A stretch of 63,982 bases of DNA, filler included, from Raillietiella orientalis (Eukaryota): assembly GCA_036172245.1 (NCBI GenBank). It is 4 parts of 4 records of this genome, joined end to end, with 100 filler letters (N's around TTAATTAATTAA, not from the genome) between each part and the next. Parts side by side here need not be neighbours in the genome. Positions count along the whole stretch, not along the records: positions 1 to 20,403 come from JAYWIR010000235.1; 3 more parts are not named here. One strand, written 5' to 3'. A model generated the notes under the pieces. It was not told the DNA's origin. It saw only the letters and a program-made list of their open reading frames with translations, and searched no databases. This document shows, piece after piece, positions 10,920 to 20,503 of this stretch; positions within the stretch are counted from its first letter, which is position 1; the number at the start of each line of letters is the position of its first letter. The translations under genes were made by a program, and so were the position numbers.

Positions 10920-12636
10920 TCGAACGCCTTGTGGAGATCGACCGCGACCGCCAAGGCACCTGGCGTTCCCTCCTGCCGTCGGCGGCTGTTCTTCTTGCCT
11001 GCGGCAGTGACTTTCTCAGCAGCCTGGCTTTCCTGCGCCACAACTTCCTGCAGCCGCATCCATGTACGCGCGAAAAGGATGTTCGCCTCCATGGGTCGTC
11101 CCGGAATCGCGTAGGTTTGTTCCGGGGTCACCACAGATTCCGCGATACTTCCTAACCGCGCGACCAACAGCTTGGAAAACAACTTGACGTCCGAGTTCAC
11201 CAAGGTGATCGGAAGCCAGTTGTTAAGTTGACGCAAGTCTCCGCCTTTCGGCAGGAGACGCACCTTCGCTGAGCGGAAGGAATCAGGGACATTCCCGGAT
11301 TCACTCATCAGCGTCGCGAGTTTCAGCATCAAGGGAATGAGCTCCACTGCAAAGCACTGATAAAACTCTCCAGGGAGCCCACCCTCGCCTGGCGCCTTTC
11401 GTGTCCTAAGCCCAGCGATAGCGGACGAAAATTCATCCGCCGTGAAGGGCTCGTTGAGACGTTAGCGTTCCTCCTCGCCGACAACACGAGCATCCTGAAA
11501 CAGGAGTATCTCAGAGAGATTATCCTCCGTCGGAGATTCCGCGTATAGCGAGGAGTAGTAGCGTCTCACAATGCGGCGTACTTCGGCTGGGGCCGAAAAT
11601 TCCTGGCCCTTGTCGTCCAACAGGAATGCTGCTCCGGACTGCCAGACCTGGCGCTCGGCCCTCGCCTTGTACTCGACGAGACGCCCGACATCCGCGCGTC
11701 TTGAAAACGTGCAGCCTGCAGAAAGTCTCTACTGTTGGCTACGCCCTCTCCGAAACCGCGTTAAAGTCGGTGCAAGGGGATTTGGCAGCAGAACTCGCGG
11801 ACAGATCTTTTGAGATCGTCCCAGTCCGCAAGTTCTTAAATGGAGAAGCCTAGGAGGTGTCCACGTAGATGCTCCGCAGCCTCCGGTTGGCTAAGCCAAT
11901 CCGCCTGCATCCTCCAGTTTTGCAACGGAGGTTCCATGCCTGGCGGAAGGATCTCAAACTCCAACCTCTGGTGGTCAGAAAGCCTAGTCAACAATCTTCC
12001 TCTCCTACCCACACGCGAATGCAGGTTTCCATCGAGGAAAACGTGATCGAGCGATCTTTCCATTCCAGGTTCGCTGACCATCAAGTTGGCGGCGTGCACG
12101 GACGCGCACATCTCGATGGGCAGCGCGCGCTCCCTCGAGCGGCTCCAATCGTCGGAGAGCAGGCGGACGTTGAAGTCCCCAGCGACGAGGTGCGCTACTT
12201 GGAAACCGGAGTTGTTAAGCCAGTGGCTCTGCACCCCACCAAAGAAGGCTACTCTTTCTTCGAATAAGGGAGAGCCACTCGGCGCATAGACGTTCGTAAC
12301 GACGAGATCGATGGACTCGGACCACTTGATGACAAGCTGGCCTATCCGTCCGTCGTCATCGAAACGAACACTACGCACCGCTTCCGCCATTTTTCCTCTT
12401 ACGAGGAACGCGACGCCGCACGTGTGTGCGCCGCCGCACCGCCAATGTAGCGTTCCGCCTGCGCGCTCCTCGATTTCGGCTGCCTGCTCGTCGGAGATTA
12501 CGTGAATCTCCTGCAGGAGCGCGAGGTCGAAGGAGCGCAGGGCGTTGGCCACTAATCGCCTCTTCTCGTCGTTCTGTAGTCCGTTCACGTTCGAAGACGT
12601 TACGGACAGACGACCAGAATACGCGATTCCCCGCAT
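10920..12636 (-). pseudogene. A2 ORF2 (APE + N-terminal part of RT), truncated
   Basis: NVNG, LLQEIH, CGVAF, NVYAP, AGDFN, LDHVF, LSDH; then LLPKGGDLRQLNNWLPITLVNSD, EQTYAIPGR, DLHKAFD. Confidence 0.92.
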
Positions 12637-14557
12637 TACTGCTGGGAAGGTGGCGGCTGTTTGCTCGCTTTATGCGGCGAGCAGACGGCGAGCAGCACGA
12701 CTGGCTGGAGGGGACGGGCGCCACCGTCCTCCCTCGTGCTGCATGCATGTAATGCATCCACGCCAGGCTTAACCCCATCGGGTTTCGTGGAGACTTCGCG
12801 TTGCTTCGCTGCGAGCGTTGCCTGGCTGCCTACTTTTGATCGGCGCGCACACGCTTTTGAACGAGCTGTCCTCGTCTCGGTGATCGGAACGGCATCCATT
12901 TCGGAGGCCGACCGGCGCATGATCGATCGGGTTTCGGCCTTCCGCGAAGCAGTGACAGGTTCTGCTGGATTGACAGCTGTCCTGTTTTCGTTTTCCGTCA
13001 CCAGAGCATCGCTTTTGGTGACGGCTGCTTTCCCGGCGCGCGCGTTTTCAGCGTGCTCATGCGCAGTTGCACCAGGGACCTTTGCTGAAGTCTTCTTTAC
13101 TTAATTACGGTTCTTCACTTCACGTGGCGCCGTAAATGAAGATTGCCCTAAATTGCTGTCTTTGAAGCCATCCACGTCTTTGGACGGGAGCACTTCCGAT
13201 GGCTTCGACACCCTCGTCATGGGCGCTGCCTTCGTAAGGGCTTTCAATCCCTTCGTTGGCATGGCATCCGCGCCATTCGAGAGCTTGCTCTCCGACTGCG
13301 ACGGCGTGAGATTTTTCTCCGCTTGCGCGGTGTTGGATCGGGACGCGGATTTTTTTTTGCCGACTTCCGGAGTCGACACGGCACAACGCTTCTTACCCGA
13401 TTTGGGCTTCTCAGCCACTGCAGGAGGTAAAGGAATGGATCTTACGGTAATGGAAGTGTCGATACCGCCGTTGTCCATTGGCGTCCCCGCCGGTTGCACG
13501 AACTCCGAGAGAGCCGGGCGTGCTTGGGTAGGACAGCTATTGCGCCTAGGGGGACTCACCATTGCCCCGGATTTCCCGCATTCTTTCTTTTGCGGCTTCC
13601 TTGCCGCGAGAAGGAACGCGCAGGGCTTCGCCTGCGAGTTTTACTGCTGCTTTGGTGCGACATTCCGCTTCGCGTTCTTACGGAATTTCTGCCGTGCGGT
13701 CTCCAGGTTTTTTGCAGATTTTTCCTTTTTATCCGCGTTTTTTTTTTAAGATGGAACTTCGCGGCTGCCTTTTTTCGCAAAAGATCCGGGCAATTTTTTA
13801 ATTGGTGCCCGGATAGTTTGCAATAACGGCATTTTCCAGAGGGGCATTTATCCAAACAATGCCCCTTCTTCCCGCATTGCTCGCACGTTCTAACTTTGCC
13901 CACGAACCACAGGTGAACGACCGTGTCTTTCACCTGTAGTTTGGTGAGCAGCAGACGGCGGTCCGGTATTGTAAGCCGGACTCCAGCGACTCCGCTGTGT
14001 ATGGACAGGAAGTCTTTGAGGTTGCTACGCACTCTCCAAAGCGCATGGACCGTTCCGAATTTCGCCAACGCGTTCCGAATATCAATATCCGAGATTTCCG
14101 ACTCGATGTCGAAAATCTCCGCCACAAATGAGTCGTCCATGGCGGCCGGGAAGACCTTCTGGCCACGGATCGACAACGGGGTGCGCAGCAAGCTTTGCAC
14201 AAGTGCAGCGTCTTTGCAACGCACCTTGATATAGCCCATATCCTTCACAAGCATAATGGCGAGGAGGTCCTCCTCTTGCACGCCAACACGGGTCAGTTCA
14301 ACGTTGAACTGACTCCCGTCGCGCGCAGAAAGAAACCCACTCACCTTGTATCGGAGAGCAGGTCTATAGCCTTGGGCTACGTATGCCCGGAACTTTGACT
14401 CGTCGAGTGGTTACCCTTTGACTGCTTCTGTGGCAGCAACGTCAGCAAAACTCCTCTCCATTGTCGAGAAAGACAAAGAGGAAGCGGCCGTCGGTTCCGC
14501 GATTGCAGATCCGAATGCTGTTCCTACAGCTTGGGTAGCTTCGGGTTGGGTCGACAT
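12636..14557 (-). pseudogene. A2 ORF1, disrupted by stops and frameshifts
   Basis: MSTQPEATQ...YRPALRYKVSG, followed by ORFs 13556..14344, 13101..13562 and 12636..13001. Paralogous to A1 ORF1. Confidence 0.88.
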
Positions 14558-14635
14558 CGTCGTCAAAATGTACGACGCCAAGATGAAGCGGATGAAAGCA
14601 CAGAGACGAGAGCGAAGAAAAACACGTGCGCACTC

Positions 14636-17075
14636 GATTGAAATCTCCCGCTATCAGGTGAGCCTTTCGCACATTGGCATCTGCCAGCCAGTCGCGCTTC
14701 AGGGTTTCCAGCAGCCTGGTGCGGTCGCGGTAACCCTGTTTGCCGCTGGGGCCATACACGTTTGTGACGATTAGGTCGATCGAGTCGGACCAGCTGAGAA
14801 TCAGCTGACCGATCCGACCGTCGTCATCAAAGCGCACGCCCTTTACGGCAGCGCCGATGAACGGCTTCACGAAGAACGCGACCCCGCAGGTGTTGCGGAG
14901 GCCGCATCGCCAATACGACCAACCCCCCGCGATCGTCTCGATCTCCCGGGCGTCTGCCGCGGTGATCACGTGGATCTCCTGCTGCACCGCCAGGTCGAGC
15001 TCACGCAGGGTGTCGGCCGTATCTCGCCTGTTGCCGTCGTCGCGCAGCCCGTTGACGTTCCAGCAGGCCGCGCTAATCCGACGGCGACTAGCGAGCCCAG
15101 GTGTTATTCCTGGGAAAACGGCGATGCGGCGTCCGCCACCTGCTGGGGCGGGACGTTAGGTGGAGGGGGAGGGGGGACAGGTACTGAAGGCACCTGTTCC
15201 TCCTCCTCCATCGGTGCAGGCGCGAAGGCCGGATCACCCGCAGGTGGAGTCGCGCTTACCTGTTCGCCCTCCTCCATGGGTTCGGGCTGCTCAGGTTTCG
15301 CGACTGCAGGGAGGACTTGATCCCCCTGCTCACCCTCCTCCATGGGGGTGGCCGGCTCGACGGCTTCCGAGCGTGGGTGTTCCCCCTCCGGGATTTCCAC
15401 GCTGCCGCTTCCTTCCGGCTTCTCCTCCTCGCTGGTGGAGGGGAGACGCCTCCTGGGTTTCTGGGACTCGCGTCCCGAATTCCTGGGGGGTGCCTCCGAG
15501 GAGGAGGATCCGCTTTCGGCCCCCAGGTCGCACTCACCTGCGGGGGCCTTCTCCGTCGGAGCCGACCTGCGTACGCCCTTGCGCGACGGGGTTTCGCGCT
15601 CGGCGAGCGTTGCTCCGAGCTCTTCCGCCGCTTTCTCGAAGGTCGCGTCTTCGCCAGCGGCGACCGTTGCCGCGGGCTGCTCCGCAACCTTATCGAGCGC
15701 GGAGTCATCGCTGACGGCGAACGTTGCCGCGGGCTCCTTCGCGACTTTATCCACCGCGGCGACCTGTCTGTCGGCGCGCGAGTCTCCCGTCTCACCCTCT
15801 AAACGTAGAATGGGCTCGTCCACGCGAGTATTCATCGCGTCCGCATCAGCTGCTCCGGGAACATTGCCGCGGGCGGACTCGGCAGAAACGGCTAAGCGTT
15901 GCTGTGCCACCGAGCATTGGCGGAGTTGTTTTTTTTTTGAAAGCGGCGCGGCTTTTTTTTTGTTGCCGGCAGTTTACTTCTCCGTCTTTTCTTCTAGCAT
16001 CAATTTCTGGCCTGAACCAGCTACCAGGCCTCTTCCTTTTCCGCGTTATCGGGAGCTCTTTCCTCCGACGTCTGTACGGGAAGAAGAGAGGCTGGCAGTT
16101 GGGAACAGCCATTTTCGCGAGCTGGTCTTTTTACCAGTTTTCCACGTTTTTCCTGCGCCTTTTTGGCGGCAGGGGGCACCGGGGTTGGGCGCTTGGGGCA
16201 CACGCGCCGATAGTGACCCTTTTCGCCGCATAGGTGGCACACAATGTTTGGGCACCTTTTTCGTAGATGCCCTACTGCATTGAAGTAGCCACAAAATTGG
16301 CGTTTCCCCACGTACCAGAGATCCACCGCTTCTTGGCAGACCTCCAGCTTATGGGGAAGCGCACCACCCTCTTTTACCGTGATACGCGCCGCAGCTTGAC
16401 CTCCGAAAAGGCTATTGTAGCCTTGGAAAATCGTGGACTTCGGCCTCAACGCGTGCACTTCTGCGTGCTTTTGCTACTGTTCACGAACCGCTGACCTAGT
16501 CATGCGACTGGAGATCCCAGTGAGATGGACCACCACCGAGCAATCCATGGTATCCGGCGAGATCATCCGACCATCAACGATCAGCGAATCGGTGATCACG
16601 CGTCGGGCCAAGGTGATATCTTTGCATACCACCTCGACCCGCTGCCCGCAGCTTAGAACGGAGACACCGTCAAGATCTTTTTCTAAGATATTGGCTTTCC
16701 AAAGCTCCTTCGTAAAGGCGCGTGCAGTTCGCCCATCAAAAAGGTTGCCTACCTTGTAGACTAGCGAGGGTCTATACTTCGCTTTCTTGTAGGCTTCCAT
16801 CTCGGCCATGGCTACGACGCTAGGCGCGGCCACAATGGCGCTCCATGACCTGGGCGTCGCCGGGGACGATTCCGGGACGGATGCTCCTGAGCCAGTAGGC
16901 TGTGGGGACGAACAAGCATCCCCCACGCCTACTTGCACCGCGGTGTACTCTGGCAACGCTGCCATCGGGCACCGACGATGTGCACGCACAAACCACTCAG
17001 CAAATAACCACTCGCCTTGCCACGCAGGCGGAGCGCAGGAAAAGCACGTCCTCACTCCACAGCGAGGTTTCAGCG
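14636..17075 (-). mobile_element. Non-LTR retrotransposon copy D: 5'UTR, ORF1 and APE up to GDFN, interrupted by A2
   Basis: ORF1 ATG at 16965 (MAALPEY...YRPSLVYKVG, homologous to A ORF1), knuckles CGYFNAVGHLRKRC and CHLCGEKGHYRRVC, stop at 15104. APE motifs CWNVNG, QQEIH, NVYGP and IAGDFN, then an abrupt switch to the A2 5'UTR. Confidence 0.9.
15190..15765 (-). repeat. Coding tandem repeats in D ORF1 C-terminus: 3 x 19 aa (DKVAxxPAAT) and 3 x 22 aa (PMEEGEQ)
   Basis: Read directly in ORF 15104..15910. Confidence 0.8.
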
Positions 17076-17076
17076 T

Positions 17077-20000
17077 TGTCAACCGGGTACGCCCGAAGCG
17101 TTTATTTGTAAACTCTACATGCGTGGTACGAGGCCCCACCACGGCCTTAAGCACAGGTCCTGTCGAGACACCGGGACGCAGCCCGGCGTGGCACTCCCCG
17201 ACAGCGAAGGAGGATGGGGATAAGACAAAAAGAAAAATAAAAAGAAACAAACAAAAAGAAGTTGGAGGACGGGAAAGGGATCACTGGTCCCTGTGGGGAG
17301 GGCCCATTTGTCGAAAGAAGCCCTCGAGGTCAGTCTGCATATTCCCCAGTTGGGGCCATCCGGCAGCTCTTCGCAAGAAGCGTTGGGCATATAGGATAAC
17401 ATCCCTTGCATGTGGACCCACTCCTTCGTTGTTGGCGTCGCTCCATGCCGCCACGATGCCACGGACGCAGCACAAGGCTGCGATGGCTACGGCTGGATGC
17501 AGTGCGCCCTTCACGAAGAGGGGCCGAAGAAAGTCTCTGGGGGTGCTGCCTGTAGGGAGCACGAGGGTCGTCCCGAACCGTTCCCAAAGGGGTCGGAGGG
17601 CAGCACAATCCACAATAAGGTGGGGATGCGGCTACCGCTCCCCGCACCTGGCACACACAGGATCCACAGCTCCCCTCGTCCAGTGGAAGAGGCGCGCGTT
17701 GCAGGGTAGACCCAGTGCAACAAAAGCAACGCCGACTCTTGCCACTTGAGGGGCAGGATCCTGGATTCTTTCATCACCGGGGGCCACTTCAGCTCATCCC
17801 TGGGGATGGCGAGCAGCTCGCCCCATCTAAATAATCCTCGCGGCTGGACGCTCGGGGTCGTGGCGTCGGCCAGTTCTCCTGCTGTCCAGCCGCTCATCAA
17901 CTTCTCGCGTCCCTAGATGCAGCAGGAGACTTGCCACCTTGGCGTCCGGCTGCTGTGAAGTGCCCTCTTCAGGAAGGGCAGCGCCGTAGCTAGACAGGTC
18001 GTCTCTGCCCACGTGCATCTTGCTGGACTCTCCAGGAGATTCCGCAGAGTGCAGCGGGCGTAGGGGCTGCATTGGAGACGATTTCACGTCTCGTGGCTTG
18101 TCTTGTTGACCACTGCCCACGTTCCTATATTTTCCTCCAGCCAGGCGGGGGAGTTGGCGGGGCAGCAAACCATCCAGCTGTTCTCCTTGGCCAATGTTGC
18201 CATGCTCCCGAGCAGTAAAACGCATCTTCGCATCTTTCGGCCACGGCTCAGAAGAAAAGACGCGAGTCCATCGCACCGGGACACACGGCTGGCCAGGAAG
18301 CGGGCCGGAGTGCACCAAGGGGTGCTTCACATCTTCGCTGCGATGGCGAGGGTTCGCCACCGCAGCTGCTTCTCCACGCGCTACAGCGTCAGAAGGCCAA
18401 GGCCGCCGTCCCGACGCGGAGAGCACAAGTCCTTCAGAGGGACTCGGGGCCTACCCTTGCCCCAAAGGGCGATACGGAGGAGGTCATTTGTCCTCTTCTT
18501 GGATTCCACGGTGGGAGGGCAAACAAAAAGCAAGGGGCGGAGGATGGGGGCCGCGAAGGCGTTCCTAAACGCGGCACGTTCCGGCAAGTGAAACTTGCCT
18601 TTTAGGAACGGGCCGATCGCCGTCACGACTTTTTGGAGGCAGCTGGACCAAGCTTCCGCAGGGGAGTAGTCCCCCAACGGCACCCCAAGGTACTTGAAGC
18701 ACCTCGCCGTGAGGATCCCCAGACGGACGCAGTCCTGCTGCCCTGCCCACGCCGCACCTATTGGCACAACAGACGACTTCGCCCTGTTAACCTGCAGTCC
18801 GGTCCCGCGGCTGAGCAGATCGAAGAAGTCTCCGACCGCCTTTGCCGGGGTGGACATTGGCAACAAGAGCAGAAGATCGTCGGCGTACGCTGCTACGTCG
18901 GGCGTGCCGGGGCACGAGCTCGGCAAGGGGGCCAAAGTCACCCTGTACGCTCTCGGCACCAACTCAAAGTAGGTGCTTAAGAGCAGGGGGCTGAGGCTAT
19001 CGCCCTGCCTTATGCCCCGCCGCAGCGGCACGCCATACACCTCCTGTCCATGGAAACAGACGGTAATCATCGCATTCCGCCAGCAAGAGCGCAGGTAGGA
19101 AATCAGGGAGGGTGGGAAGCTAATGCGACCCAGGAGCTCCAATAGGAGTTCCTGGTCTACACAGTCAAACGCCTTGTGGAGATCGAATGCGAGCGCTAGG
19201 GCCCCTTCCCTGCCCGGGGTTCCCTTCCCAGCCCGGCTGGCGGCCCCAAGGTGAGCTTGCCGACTTTCCCTATCCCTTTCTTTTCTCTACTCTGCATGTG
19301 AACCCATGTGCTTGCGAAGAAGAGGTTGGCATCCATACTTCGCCCGGGAGCAGCATAAGTCTGCTCCGGGCTAATTACGGATTCTGCCACCTGCCCCAGA
19401 CGCGAAGCCCATAGCCCTGCTATCAACTTGGCGTCCGTATTCACGATCGTGATCGGACGCCAGTCCTTTAAATCCCTGAGGTCTCCCCCTTTCGGAAGGA
19501 GCCTCACTCTGTTTGACCGAAACGAGGCGGGAACATCGCCTTCGTCTCGGATCAGCCTGATCAACTTAAGCAGCAGGGGTGCCAGCTCTTCCGCGAAGCT
19601 CTGAAACAACTCCGCGGGCAAGCCGTCTTCCCCTAGAGCTTTACGCCTCTTGAGCCTTTTGATACCGGCGAGAATTTCGCCGGTGGTAAAAGGCTCGTCG
19701 AGGCTTTCCATCTCCTCCTCCCCTATTGCCGGGGTGCCATTCGGAAGCAAGCGTCGAGAGGCGTTTCGATCCGGGGGCTCCCTGGCGTAAAGGGAGGAAT
19801 AAAAACTCAGCACGAGATGCCGTACCGACGCCGGGGACGAACATTCCCGGCCCTGGTCGTCCAGCAAGCTTGCCGACCCGGATTGCCAGGCTTCGCGTTC
19901 GGCCCCGGCGCGGTACTCGGCGATGCGACGGACATTAGAAGTTCTCTCGTACCTACGAGCCTGTAAATAGGCCCGATGGTTGCGAGCACCCTCGCCGAAT

Positions 20001-20403
20001 CCGGGTGGCAGGCCATCCAGGGGGAACTGCTCACAGAACTCGCGGACCGATTCCTTAAAAAGGTCCCACTCCTGGAGATTCCGGAGCGTGACGCCTCTCA
20101 GGTATTCGCGAAGGTGTTCCTTCGCACCTGAGAGTCGCGTCCAGTCCCCCGGCAGACCCCAATCCCTGGATGGCGGTCCCTTGACACGAGGCCGCATCTC
20201 GAAAATTCACCGGGAATGGTCCGACAACGTCGACGCAACCCTTCCCCGTTTGCCGAACCGTGAACACAGGTCAGCGTCGAGGAAGACGTGGTCGATGCTG
20301 CGGACCATTCGCCTCTCACCCGCGAACAAGTTGCGCGCACTCATGGCGGCGCACAACTCGTTCATCGCGTTCTCTTGTGTTTCTGGCTCACCTGTTAGCA
20401 GAC
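17077..20403 (-). mobile_element. Non-LTR retrotransposon copy E: ORF2 from distal APE through RT and zinc finger, plus 3'UTR; close relative of C; cut by the gap
   Basis: SIDHVF, LSDH, KALGEDG, WRPITIVNTD, DLHKAFD, GIRQGDSLSP, YADD (18876-18887), FKYLG, LCSPRRDGGLG, CARCGE. Stop at 17281, T-rich UTR, AATAAA at ~17106-17101. Confidence 0.93.
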
Positions 20404-20503
20404 NNNNNNNNNNNNNNNNNNNNNNNNNNNNNNNNNNNNNNNNNNNNTTAATTAATTAANNNNNNNNNNNNNNNNNNNNNNNNNNNNNNNNNNNNNNNNN
20501 NNN
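20404..20503. other. Artificial assembly spacer (44 N + TTAATTAATTAA + 44 N)
   Basis: 100-bp linker with stop codons in all six frames; identical at three sites. Confidence 0.98.

Larger units (their letters stand above)
10920..14635 (-). mobile_element. Non-LTR retrotransposon copy A2: 5'UTR, ORF1 and ORF2 up to RT motif A, cut by the tail of C
   Basis: ORF1 ATG at 14557, two knuckles (CEQCGKKGHCLDKC, CRYCKLSGHQLKNC), a complete APE (11836..12636), and RT up to VAVDLHKAFD ending at 10920. Confidence 0.92.

Noticed and set aside
15317..17749. Long plus-strand ORFs antisense to D and E (313 aa each)
   Set aside because: GC-rich antisense shadows of LINE coding sequence; one crosses the D/E boundary.
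20448..20459. TTAATTAATTAA palindrome between N runs (three times)
   Set aside because: Artificial six-frame-stop linker. Adjacency and relative orientation of the four pieces, including the apparent inversion of the two 278-bp arrays, carry no biological meaning.
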